Positions 37,601-51,236 of a stretch of 64,000 bases of DNA are shown here, piece by piece. The stretch comes from Lingula anatina. Lineage: Eukaryota > Animalia > Brachiopoda. The stretch lies in the NCBI GenBank assembly GCA_051362555.1, contig CM120641.1, forward strand, positions 46,258,401-46,322,400, read 5' to 3'. The notes beneath the pieces are model-generated. The model saw only the letters and a program-made list of their open reading frames with translations, was not told where the DNA came from and searched no databases. The position numbers were made by a program, and so were the translations under genes. Numbering within the stretch: position 1 is the stretch's first letter; the number at the start of each line of letters is the position of its first letter.

Positions 37601-40600
37601 GATGACTCTGTGTTTTTGTCAAAGATGCTGTCCCAGCTTATGGAAATGTCATGGCAAATGAAGGGAAAATATAGGCTTTTGTCCAGCCTCATTCAGTATT
37701 ATGGAGCAGGAAAGGTAATGGTACCCTTTTAGTGATTTGTTTTATTGCAATGCAATATCTAAAATACACAATTTGATTATACGAACAGGTGATTTTTTAA
37801 GGCAAAATGTATTTGTGACTTTACAACAAAAACTCCAAACATCTATAACATTGCTGCAATTAATCATTTGAAAAAGCAATTTGATTCATTAAATGCCAAA
37901 TGTATTTACACCCTTTCATATTTAGTCAGTTCTTGAAGGCTATTATTTATTAAGTTAAGAAGATTATGTTTTCTCCTCCAATTGTCTATTAACATCATGG
38001 ATGAAATTTTCAGAATAGGTCAGTCAGAATGTGATTAGACTTTGGTGGTGACCCCTTAATTAATTAATGGTTAATTGCTAGTTAATAATTTGTCTTGGCT
38101 GAGGTGTGTTCTCTCTGATTGTTTTTCTAATTATGAATATGTTGTTTTATTTGTTTTTGTAGACCCTAAAAGAGCACCCTGCTTTACCTCATCATCTACT
38201 GAGTGCTCTTCACAGTAATTACTATGCCTCTGCCTGTGGAGAAACCTATAGACAACTTATACAGCAAGCAAAGTAAGTGTACACAATTGGTATATTAGTC
38301 TAAGGAAGATATCTTCATTTTCATTGTTATATTGTGGGTTTGATGTAGTGCCTATGTTTAAAAAGGTTTACCTGATAACCCAGTTTCTAAAAAGAAAATG
38401 AGTTAAACAAAATATTATTCTTAGAAATAGTATGGTATTGGTGTTTCATAATCTTAAACAAGTTGCTTTTAAACAAAGATAAAATTTGCTATTTTCTTTG
38501 TTGTTAACTTGCTGATAAAAAAAATGTGATATTGTTGTTTTACCATCTTAGACATGTTGCTTTAAACAGAAATGAGATGTGTTGTTATTTAGAAAACTTT
38601 TTTTAGGAAAGAGATGCCAGAGGCTGCCATGGTGACATGGTGGTCAAAAGGACTACAAAAAACACTGATGAATGGACTGGAGAGCAGCAACTCGTAAGTA
38701 TAGTCCTATATATACTGGGCAAAATAAAAATGGGGTTTCAAAATGTTTTATAAAACATATTTTGAATGGACACAATCATTTATTAAACTGCAGTAAAGAA
38801 TATGACATTACATGTTATCCCTGATCAGTAGATTAAAAAACAAGAAATATGTTTTGTTAAAGTCTTTATCAAATGTATTTTTAAATTGTTTTATACATTT
38901 GCTTTAGGTTTCTAATGTTAAGTCCACCGTCACATGTTGCATCGTTTTTGTAAGAATATAACTTCCAAGTACTATTCTAAATTTTTTCATATTTATGATA
39001 TACATTGTCCAATGAAATAAATAATATTGATGTCTGTAGTGATTGAATTTAATATTTTACTTGCACATAAATTGTTGACATTAGTATTTTCCCCAGTGTG
39101 CATAAACATTAACTTGTTAATTCTTTGTCACAATCTTTCAGGACTTTGAGATTGAATACAATGCACTACTGGTTGAAAGACACCTTATTGATTCTCCCAT
39201 CCTCTCTGACGCTGCTCCTTGGGGTCTTTGAGCAAAAAATTAGACACGTACCTGATGATGGAAAAAGCGAGCTTCTTTTTGCATGGATAGCCATCCTAAA
39301 GACTGCTAAAGCATTGGATCTTAAACCATGCTACGTAAGAATTTTACTTAAGTCAACAATGCCTTCATTATGAAATTGATACTACATAATGATGATGATA
39401 ACATGCATATATATTTCAGTCAATTTAATTTTGGCTTTATAAACTGTGAGCTACAATAGTTGATGGCTTTTTTTGAAGGTCAAATGAACAATCAAAATTT
39501 GACCCCATTTTGACAGTGGGGGGTTCAGCACTCTGCATGGGGTGAAAATTTTTGAGCAAAAAGTTACTTTGAAGAAAATTGGTATTGACCTGGGAATATT
39601 ACTGACTTTATATTGAATAATACTTGGCAATTTTCCACTTTATGTCATTGCATGCAAAATTGTTATTTTTATTTTGTTTAAAAAATATGTTGCAATGAAT
39701 TGATCTGTATTAAAATTTGGCTGCAAGTTATGTCATTACATTGTTTTAATTTCATTGAATGAAACAAACATATTTCAATAAGATCATAAATATTAAAATT
39801 AAACTAACTAAATAAAATATCATTTCTTTAGGACCAGTCACTTCTTGTCGCCTGTCTGCACCATCTAGATGATGACATAAGGGCAGAAGCAATGAGTTTT
39901 TTGTGCACTTCACAGAAGAAAGCAGGTACACATTTAGCCCTATTTCAAAGGTTACCAACTTGGCACAATAACGTGTATTCTACACAAGTTTTACTAGTGA
40001 CGCCCACTTTTACTAGTGTGACTATTCATATCAATAGGTCTTTGAATTTTGATGACTGATTTAGTTGTTTCTTGCAATTATATGTCCTTGTTCTGTCCTG
40101 TATTTTAGAAAAAAATTTTATCTTTAAATTTGCTGCATTTACATTTTTGTACCATAACTGTGGCATATTATCATTGAAATGTTTGTAGAAGACGGATACA
40201 TTATAAAAATATCAGCTGGGAACATAGCATAACCATGAAATTTTATTTTTATTTTAAGATTCACCTTCTGTGTCTGATGTATGTCTACTGCAGAGATTCT
40301 TACTGTGCAACATGAATGTGGATTCCCCATCTTTTCGTCAAAGTTTTATCACACAGTTTCGCCATTTAATGGTCAGAGTGAGAGATGGTGCTATTGGTAT
40401 GGTCAAGACTGGACAATTATCTCCAGAACTGACCGCACTCATAGGTAACCTTGCATATTAATTCTGAAGAGGGAGTTTTTTTAATGTTTTTCCTTTCAAC
40501 AGTTCTATGTTATAACTTTCTTCATATAATTGTTGTACACTTTGCGCACTCATTTTTTGATATAATGTTTCAAAATACCAGTATTTTTTGTTTCCATTTA

Positions 40601-43600
40601 TAAAATTGTTTTGGGTGTCTAGAATCTGTTTTCCTCGCTGGTTATATTTTATTTTTATCATCATCATCATCATCATCATCATCATTATTATTATTACTGC
40701 TAATAGTTTGTTTAGAGAAGCATATCAGAAACATGAGTTGTGTTATTCCCAGTACTTAGCACAAACAGAAAAAAAATTACCCAAACTCATTAATAACTAT
40801 TGTTCATTCTTTTTAATGCTATTTTCCTTTAACTTGATTGTTTTTCTGTGTTTTCATTAATTCAGACTTTGTGGACTGGGTGGTGGTGCTCTGTGTTTCA
40901 TCACTGTTTCCAGCCTCCTGCTACCAGAGAAGGGTGACTGCTCTACAGCTAATCAGGGTTGTCTTTGAGACCTTGGTTTCTGGTGCAACATCAAATAGAA
41001 GAAAAGGACTTATCCCAGGTACTTCTGAATGTATTGATATTTCTTGCACTGTGTTATATTGTTCCTAGTTTACATAAAATATTTAATTATTTAAAAGGAA
41101 CAGCAAAGTAAGGACTAGAAGATTATCTTGTAAATAGATTAATTGCGGCCAAAACATATGGAAGTCTGATCAGACTTTTAAAATGAATATTAAAAATGGT
41201 CAAATTTACATGGAAGTCTACTTTCTTTAGAAGTATCAGTATTGTCAGAGAAGATAAAAGTTTACTGTTTAAAAGTGCTTTAATAAAAGCAATTAAAAAG
41301 GATGATATGATTCATGGTGGATTCATAGTACTAAATTCATTGTGTTTCCTCCTTATTTCCTCCAGAGGGAACTGTGAAGCTGCTCCAGGCAGCAAACAGG
41401 CAGCAAAAATGGCAGTGGTTCACAAGAGAAAGTCACTGTGCCATCCTCCAGTGTATTGAAGATGGCAGCAATGAGGTAAATAAAATGTAGAGATTTGGAA
41501 TCCCCAAGGAAAATTTTTTCAAAAGCAAATAAAGGAATACTTAATAAAATTTGAAATGCAGGGACAAGTAATATCTTAAATATTTGCTGAATTAACAATT
41601 AAGATATTTTACAACACTTTCTTGAAAATAAAGGATTATGAGTCAGAGCAAAAAATCCATCAAGTGACTGAAATATGCATAGAAATGTAAAAAAACTAGT
41701 GATTTTTTTCTCCTTGTAGATCAGAGAACTTGCAGCCTCACTTGTCCACAGGTATTTTACCCACAGAGATAGACTGCAGGATACAGAGAAATTGGACATG
41801 GGTGGACAGATACTTGACCATGCACTAGTATTGTGCAATAGCCCTAAAGCTTCTGACTCTGAGAGTGGAGCACTTTATATAAAGATTGTATTCCAAAAGT
41901 AAGTACTGAATTTAAAAGACTGTAATTCAGGTATTTAATGGCTTGGTGTGAAGATTTTGTTCCAAAGTATTTATACATATATTTATATCACTGCAGTAGG
42001 ATACATGCATGGACACAGAAGTTGGTGGTACTCAAAATGTTACCAATGTTACTGAATATGAATAAGTAATTCATGTGAGAAATTTCAGGTCATTGGCCTT
42101 TCTTTTTGCTTTATTCCTTTCCTCACAGTTTTGTCCTTAGTCAGAGGAAAGTCTACCATGTGAAGGATTTGAGTGGCGTAGCAGATATCACAGAAGCCAG
42201 GGGAGCCACGGAGGCAGCCATGTTCTTCTTGAACTTGTTGATGGAGAAGATAAAACACTGCATGGATGTTGAAAGGAGAGATGTCCTGCAAGCAGCCAAG
42301 GACTTCCCCGCACATGGTATGGACTAATTAGAAAAGAAATAAATTACCAATTTGATGTTTTATTTGTGAAATCTGAAACATGCATATGCTCAGGTGGCTA
42401 AGTTTTAAGAGGTACTAAATGTGCAATTTTTCTCAGATGTTCACTGGCTGTAACTGGTATTTTGTAAGTTTTTTTATTAATTTTTTTTTATTTATCACTT
42501 GGTTACAAAGTGTAATATCCATTATTTTACAATGACAAATAAAAAATTAGAGAAGCATGTTACTTTGTATCTTTAAGAGGCTTTAAAGCAGATAATAATA
42601 GTAGTAATAACTTTTAAGAATTATCTCAGCATTTTATCAACTGTTTTATTTATGTTATGATATATATTTGATAATTTTGCAGGGTTGGTCCATGCCCTGG
42701 GTAGGTGTATCACAGAGACAGAGAACCTGTATGAGGGTGACACTGCCATGATACATGTACTGGCAGAGAAAGTGATAGTGCTGTGTGCAGACCTGGTACA
42801 GAGGATGTTACAGGTGCTCTCTGGGGACACCCAAAATGAAGGTAGGAGATGCTTATTACATCCTTATTTTATATAGGATAGGGTGCATTCACAATGAATC
42901 TAGGTACTGCACTTCATGGGGACTCTTGCTGAGTGCAATAAAATTAACGGACTAACATACCTTTATTTTACTTTTATTGTTATTGGACAAATATTTTCAT
43001 TAGCTTTTTTGCACTTTTCTGCAAATAATTGACTTTTATTTGAAGTATTTCACCTTTTTGTTTTGTTTTGCAGATGTGGCTCCCTCTTTTGCTGAAATGG
43101 GAACTGCTATAGAGAAAGCAGCAGGCACAGAGGATGGTGGAGAGGAAGATCCTGCTCTGTCTGCTGAGCACCAAATAATACTAGCCTGGTGTTGGCTAAA
43201 TATTAAGGTCAGATTTAGAAAGAACTCTAATTTGAAAGTTTTCCTATGTATGACCCTTTGTATGTTGTGATAATTTTTTGTTGTTTTTAATAGAATTGGA
43301 TTAGATAGTTTTTAACAAGCCGTGAGGTAATGAAAAACTATATAAAAGATCAGTTCAAGGTTTAAAATCTGGAAGAAAAAATTAGATTTAGAAACAAATA
43401 TGAATTGATGGTTTCTTTTAGGAATGCTGTGTCCTTTGTGGAAAGTTAATGGAAGTTTTCCCAGTTGATATAGATGGCACTAGTGGGGTATTGACTGTAA
43501 AGGATGTCCATATCATTGGCGACCTCTTTCTGAAAGTACTCACCAGGTGTCGACACAAGGTAGGTGTTATCCATGGGTAAAATTACATTTTAAAGGATGT

Positions 43601-46600
43601 TAACTTTATTCTTGAGTATAGACATTTTCAGATATCATGTAGCACAATACGATGAAGAACATGTCCTTTAAAACTAACATTATTACATTAGTGAGATCAA
43701 AGAACAAACAATTCTACTTATGAACTTAATAAACATTTATGGATGTGTTCAGAGAAGGATTATTTAAGCATAGAAAATTGCCCAACTTGCATCATCAAAC
43801 TACCTTATCAAATATTTTCAAGAAGTATGCCTTTTTGTAACAGGGATTAATTGTAGTTCCTGTCCTGACAATTTTGCTTTTTACTTCATCTATTTCAGGG
43901 AGCTATTGAATCCTGCCTTTTAGGATTTTCAAAGTATTGTCAGAAGCTAATGAGCTGTGATGACATTACTCTGAATCAAATCCCTAACCAACATCTGCAA
44001 GAGGTGAGCTATTAAGTATGAATGAATTTCATGAAAATTCAAATGGAATGTAATTCCACCTATGGATGGATAACAAATCTGCATGTTCTAATTCCTATTT
44101 AAATACATTTGATTTATGCAGTTGTGTGTGTTAAGCAGGTCAATTTATACTACAGTCACAAAGCTTCATGTGTAAGGAAATCTTCTCCATTATATAGCCT
44201 TCATTTTTTTTGCTAAGGCATTGAAGCCAGTGTGTAGCAACAGAACATTGGCGTCCTCAGTGAGCAGACAGTCTGCAGGGTTACCTGGTCTGGTGCAGTG
44301 TATACTGTCCGCTGAGAGCAAGCTGAGAAAGGTAAGCAAACATTTGATCAGGATGAAAAAGAGTGTGTTCCAAATGAAACTTTCATACTAGGTGGATTGC
44401 TCCAACTCTTTGGGGACTCTTGCTGAATGCTAATCATCAATCATACTAATAATCTACATTAAAATACAGTAAACTCTGCATAACTCTCACACTCTGGGGC
44501 CCAAACATTGGCTCAAGTAACACAAAAATTTAAACAATAATTTTCAGCTTATATGAAAAAAAATCTGGAATTATTTGATGTCTTGAATTTTTCCCATCAG
44601 GACACAATGTTGCATTCCACCATGATAAAACTACTGGAGATAGCTGGTCAGGAGGTTCCAGGAGACTATGACCAGTGCCTGGACCTGGCCCAAGTCCACG
44701 CCATGAATATCATGAAGGCTCTGTTCAGGGATGCTGGCCTTGCCGCCACCATGTTGTCATATGCCTGTAGAGCCTTAATGCTGGCAGTGGAAGCCCTGGC
44801 GTCCCCTGCTTGGGCTGTGAGAAATGCTGCCACTCTGCTGTTTAGTAAGTTTTACTTTGAAAAAGCCTGAAAATCGGTGTTGGAATATGATATTTTGTGG
44901 CATGTTTAGAATTGATTTATTTTAGATTAAATTTTTTCTAGTAGGCATTCATCAAAAATATTTACATTAAATGGGTGTTGAAGTACGATATTTTATGGCA
45001 TGTTTAGAATAGATTTATTTTAGATTTAAATTTTTTATAGTTATATATCTAAGCTTTTAAATATTTTTACATTTTGAATTGTTACTCTCTTTTTTAAGGT
45101 GATTTGGTGCTAAGGATGATGGGACAGAAGGTATCTCAAAATAACACATCCTTTGCCAGCTCAACATCTGTGGTGGAGTTCTTTGCGCTGTATCCACAGC
45201 TGAGGCAGTTCTTCTTGGACCAGATTCAAGCTGCAGTGACAGGGCAACAGCAACATCGTCTGCATCTTCACCCTGGTTTGTTTCCCGTGTTGGCCATATT
45301 GGCTAAACTGGGTCCCAGTGTTGGAAAGGAAGAGAGAAGGTGATTGGAGGTTCACTTGCAAATGTACAATATTTCTAATCAGAAAAGTTCTTTTTTGCTG
45401 TTCTTTTATATTTTGACTTTAAAAAACATGAATTAAGAAAGAAACTGAAAGAATTAAAAGGCTGTGGTTCTATAAGGAATCTGTGGGCTGAGGAATAAAC
45501 TTTGGGCTTAGGAATTTTTTTATTATATAAAAATGCTCCACATCTGTTGTCTCTGTTTCAGATTCATGTCGCAGCTCAGGGCCCCCCTTGGTATGTTACT
45601 TGGGAACCCCATACTTGCTGTGAGGAAACTAGTTGCTATGGCAATGATACCACTAGTGGATAGAAAGGAAGTGATGGAACAAGTGGAAGTGTTGATACAA
45701 GATATCCCAGCACACATTGGCCAGTGTAAATTTAATCAATTGCATGGATGTTTGACTTTAATGGAGAAGCTGCTTCTTTCATGTGGATCAGAAATTAGGT
45801 TAGCTGACAATGCAGAATCAAAAAAAGATTTATAGATTTAATTTGTCAATGGATTTGTATATGGTGGCTACAGAAAAAAGTGTTGAAATTTCCAGTAAAA
45901 TTTTTGCTAAGTAAAAAACAATTATTGTGTGTCTTTAATAATATTTTCAGACCTGAAGATAAAGCCAGACTAAATACACAGTTACTACAGAAATCATGGA
46001 TACTTGATCAGTCAAACCAATGTGATCTAGTCAAAGCTAAGTATGTGGAGATCTTGATGCTTCTGCAGACACCAGTGGACATTGATGTGGTCAGAGAGTT
46101 GGACACAGGTGGACCGGTCAAGGTAATATTACAGGTGGTTAAATGAAATGTCCTATTTTTAATCAATAATTTCATATAATTTATTAACAAGTGGCATGAT
46201 ATAATTTTTCAGTTTTTCCTTTTTGGCAACATATATCATGATGATTAAGAACTATTTTCCTTTTTAGATATTTTAGTTATGTCATTTAATAATGCACCCC
46301 ATATATAATACACCCTATTTCCTACCATATGATGATTCTTAAAATTTAGTGCCTGTGAAGTGCAGAATTTTACCAATATAAGTTATGGAATTGAAAGAAC
46401 AATTCCATGTCATTCCATTTACAATGTTTTTTTTAGATTGGCCATGGTCAGTATGAAAAAGTGTCCACGAGATTCAGTCTGTGCACTGCAGCAAGGAAAA
46501 CCTTCACCGAGCTTCTTACCTGCATACAACATTGTGTTTGTAGCCAGCAGCAGGAAATCAGAAGGTCCAGCCTGGAGTGGCTACAAGAAGAGTTAAAGAC

Positions 46601-49600
46601 TGGTTGTCTGGATTTGCCATTGCTGTCTGAAATACAGGTATTATGAACAGTAATCAGAAAGTATTGAAATATGCCAAACTTTGTTGATTAATGCAAGCTT
46701 TTTATCTACTATACTCACATTAGTTTTTAAGAGTTGATGGTCTCTATACTGCCAGTATTATTATTGACTTCTTCACTCTTCACGAAATTTCAGTGTCACA
46801 CCTTATTTAATTTTGTTATATAAAAAATTATATGGGGCAAAATTCATCTAAAAAGACTGAATCGTGAATTTTATTTCACACTTTCCAGAGTTTGCTGTTC
46901 TCTCAGCTATTTGTTGAAAGTTACCAGCCCAATCTTTCCATATTGCTGGATCTCCTGCATTCCCTGTATAGTTCATACCACATACCCCTGCCTGCCCTGG
47001 ATACTGGGGGGACGGTGGAGAGACTGGCCCAGTTACAGAAATATGGGACAACTGTCCGAGCGAAACTGTTGCCAGTGGTGGCTATTATTGTTTTACAGGG
47101 ACTGGAAACAGAAAATTTAAGGTGTCCATTTGATCTGAAAGTGAATTTGTTTGTTTTAGATAGAAATCAAAGAATTTGCACTAACTTAAGGTGCATGGTA
47201 GTTTATTGATATTTTGATAGGTTCATTGAGCATAGAGGTTCATGAAATCTTCCATTGGAATTCTGGTAATTTTCTAAGACATACAGGGTGTTTTTAGTTG
47301 TATTGGTAGAATTGAAATGTAAGTCAGGTTTCATATCGCTATTCTCTTAAGAAATGTAAGAACAGTTTTTCATCTTAAAAAACATTAATGAAAATGCCAG
47401 TTGGGGTTTCATTAGCTTTGATATAATTTTCAAGAATAAAAACAACTTGTTCACTGCATTTCCAGCATTTTAAAAGACTTCACAGACATGCTGCTTGACT
47501 ACAGTCAACCAACACAGTATGAAGACTTCAGAATGGAAGTCGCCAAAGCTTTACATATAGCAGCACCAAGAGTGTTTGGAACAGGTGTTCATAACACAGC
47601 TGAAGATGAATATTTTACTTGTGTTTCAAAGTGAGTTGGTCATTAACCTACATAGTTGCTTATATTGTTTTAAAATGTATTTCAAGGTTTAAAGTATCAT
47701 CTTCCTATTGATTTGTGAAATATATTTCAAAGTTGTATTATGCTCTGGTATTAAATTTTTTATAAAAAAAAGATAAAATCAGACATTGTACAGTTATACT
47801 GTACCTGATTGGTTTGATGGGAAAATGTTGCTTTTGCAAAAGCCTGAATATTTCAACATGTAGAATTTATATTTCAGACTGTTCAAGGCCATTTTAAATC
47901 TGCTGGAGGATGAGCAAACAGACATTAGATGGACTGTTTCCAAGATGGTGGGTCAGATATCACATATCTTTACACTCTGTGGACAGAAATTTCAGGTAGG
48001 AAAAGGTTTCAGATGTCAGTACTTGTTTGTTTACCTATTTTATGTAAAGAGGTTTGTTTTGTTACAGTCTGTTGGTGTTGACATTTTTATGAATAAGTGT
48101 ATGTTACGTTAGGCAGTTTGTATAAAACCTGTACATCATATTGATTTTATGAATTTCATTAGTAACATTATCATGGTGGTAACAAGACCGCACATTTGTG
48201 AGAAAAATTAATCAAACAATTTCGTTTAATTGACTTTTACTTTGAAGCTTATTTTCACTAAGTTTGTATGATATTTCTTCTTTTCAGACATCCTGTCTCA
48301 ACTGCAACCAAGCAAGAGGGGTTAGTAAATTGCTTTAACTGGAGTTTTGTGCAAACAAAGTCTATTTTAGACCCAATATTGAAGGAAAAACTTGTGAAAT
48401 CAGGTCCTGTCACAGAAATTGGTCAGTAAAGGGAGATTTTAATATACGAGTCGTGACTGGGTAGTTTTGAAATCTCATCTTCTCATGAAGAAAGTTTTTC
48501 CAATATTTGGTCTGAAGTAAGTTTTTTTACATCCTATTATATACACATCTACAAACAAACAGCCATTAATTTTTCCTCAATATACTAGGCAGTGTTGTTT
48601 ATATTTTAGTAAATAAACACAAACCAACATGTGCACACACACACACAAGGGACAGATATCTTACAAATATATTGTCGACTTTCCAGCTGTTGTGTCAGTA
48701 CATGTGCAAGACTTTCTTGAACAGTTCCGCAGCCCTTCAGTTCCTCTGCTCCCTTGTCTACTCACCTGGTCAACTTACAGAGGCCTTAGCTTCACTGGAC
48801 ACTGCAAAGACTGGACTCTTTGAGCAGGAAGAGGCAAACATTTATGCAGAAGAAGTTATCACTTGCAAGTTATTACAGAAATGCTTGAAGGTGTGTGTAC
48901 ATCAGGAAAACAGTATGATCTTTTTTTTTTTTTAAAGAAGTTTGAAAATTTCTGAAAAAGGCAAAATTTGTTGGTGTTGAGGAGTTCATATCAAGGTTTT
49001 TTTCAATGTATATTGGTTAATTAAAATGCTATCTCCAGTAGGGATCTTTCAAGGAATAATTCAGTTTTAAATTAACACACGATGTGTGTTTTTCCTAGGC
49101 ATCTGTTCAATCTATGAGAAATATAGACAGGCAATGGGTGAGCAGCCAAGTCATAGCAGTCTCAGGGGAACTGCAGAATGCACTAGCTTTACTGATGGAA
49201 AACTCTGCAGGTATTTCCCAGAGTTTCTCTTTCTGTTTACTCAAAACACCCCTTGTCCTCTCATTCTTTCTCTCTCTCTCTCCCGTGCACACAAACACAC
49301 TTCTAGAACCTATCACACATTGTTTAATTTAGTGTAATTTCTCTTTTACAGATTACATTAGAATCTCACCATGGGCATTGCTGTATAACGTCTCAATTCA
49401 ATATGATGTAATTTATCTCTGTTTCTCTCCCTTTTACACTCACACACATTTATACATAACCACTCTTATTTCTGTGTAAAGAAAATTGCAAAGAAAAACA
49501 CTATTGTCCGTTGTCTTAAATTGATTGGTTTTTCTATTATAGAAAGTGACATATTCAGCCTCGTTTCCCAGGGTAAGATCTTCACTGCTTTGAGCGCCAG

Positions 49601-49944
49601 TTTAATATACGTGGACCTGCTGCTAGAGCTGTGTCAGCAGCATGAAGTACCAGTGCTTCAACTTATACAGGACCACTACATTTCCATAAGCAAGGTAACT
49701 TAATAGTTATATTGCCATCTTTTTAAAGAAACAGCTTCCACGTTGCTCACAGAGCAAATTACTTTCTTCTTAGAATGTTTTAAACCTTAGACTAGGATAT
49801 TCAGCATTTTGATTGTGATAAAATACAAATGTTTAGAAAACATGAATATACCTTTGCTACATAACACAATTCCTTTCTTTTCATTTTTCTTAGAGATCCC
49901 ACTTTTCTTTCCTGCTGGAAGGCCATGGATGTTTCTCAGTCTGA
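34623..49944 (+). CDS. THADA: THADA / Trm732-family armadillo-repeat protein (tRNA 2'-O-methyltransferase regulator, DUF2428), about 34 exons
   Basis: Exons translate to recalled family motifs: IWKHWDSPVDGV, NMNVDSPSFRQ, SSLFPASCYQRRVTALQL, ILAWCWLNIKEC, LTRCRHKGAIE, SRQSAGLP, QVHAMNIMKALFRDA, WAVRNAATLLF, LFPVLAILAKL, NQLHGCL, LFEQEEANIYAEE. First exon is 34623-34708 and last exon 49894-49944; the terminal exons are less certain. It may be the THADA-like paralog rather than the ortholog. Confidence 0.87.
44876..45040. repeat. Two-copy ~98-bp intronic tandem duplication
   Basis: GGTGTTG.A.TA.GATATTTT.TGGCATGTTTAGAAT.GATTTATTTTAGATT occurs at ~44876 and ~44974. Confidence 0.8.
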
Positions 49945-50567
49945 CTTTTGAGCATGTTTGGAAAGGTTGCTGAGCTTGGAAAGGTTGCTCATTAAGTGAT
50001 ATTTACATTCAAAGGGAAATTGACACCTCTGCTGAATTCTTTATTATTTGTTTTATTGTTGATAAACCATGGTGACTTTGTTTCTAACAAATGCTTTTAA
50101 ATATAAATATATTAAAGAAATTATTGTTATACCATAAAAATAAGAATTGGCTCTTTTGATCTCCTTTGCATATGTATAATCATGCAAAATGAAATAAGTG
50201 AACTTTTTGATAAGATAACATGGTGCTATTTAATTGTAGAAAAGGAAAGCAATTTATGGAATTTAAACAGTGACATAAATAATTATTTCTATTTTATATG
50301 TACTAAAATAATTTCATTCAGATTAATAAATCTAACAAAACATACATTTTCAAGTTGGAGTTTATTGTTCATGTGGAGTTATTTTAAATGAATGTAATTC
50401 AGGATTTTCTCCATGCTTTTCTTAATATACTCACTCTTTATGCTTATCCACTATAGTGTTTTTTTATTTTGAGCAGGAGGGTACAAAATTATAAAAACAT
50501 GTAAACTTTGCATGTTAGTATATGATTTATTTCTTCACAGAAGCTAGGATTGGCATCTCTGTTGATC

Positions 50568-50899
50568 CACCTTACCACAGATAATGATACACAAATGCAC
50601 TGCCATTGCTGGTCAAGTAGGTGACATACTGACACACCTACACGGCCTCCTACAGGAAGTAGGTATGAAAGTGTGACCAGCGGAAATGGGTCAAGCAGGG
50701 GCTGATGCAGAGTATTTTCTGACAGTCTGCCAAATTATCTTTGTTGATCCATCCTCCATTTTTGACCGTCTTCTGACAGAAAAGATTAGACACCCGTCAA
50801 TGAAAACTTGAAAATCTGACCATCTTCCAGAAGACCCAGAAGATGGCCTAAATCCGCCCCTGTCAACAGTGCATTCACATCATTATCTGTGGAAAGGTG
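50568..50899. mobile_element. ~330-bp MITE-like element with ~30-bp imperfect terminal inverted repeats, between the THADA and VIPAS39 3' ends
   Basis: Left end CACCTTACCACAGATAATGATACACAAATGCACTG; reverse complement of the right end CACCTTTCCACAGATAATGATGTGAATGCACTG. No clear TSD. Confidence 0.6.
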
Positions 50900-51236
50900 A
50901 ATAAGACGAAATCAAAGATTTTATCTTCCAATTTAAATGTCTCAATCAATTCCAAAAAACTTTTAAATGTATGCTTCACCCTTATACCTATAATGTGGTA
51001 GGTTAATGAATAGCATTTGCAATTATTAAGTTAACATTTTTTTTGTCTTGTATATAAATGAAAAATAAATGCATACTGAAGACAACCCCCTCCATTGACA
51101 GACAATAGGAATGCTTGATGCAATTAAATATCACAATATTGCACTTAGTTTTGGTCAAAACTTGGGACACCATTATACTGTCATTAAGTTCCGCAGGCCT
51201 GGCTTCCATTTGTGAGACAGCTTCACTCATTGGACA

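Noticed and set aside
42901-44430. Shared GGGGACTCTTGCTGA.TGC motif in two THADA introns (~42918 and ~44412)
   Set aside because: Too short to classify; probably fragments of an old interspersed repeat.
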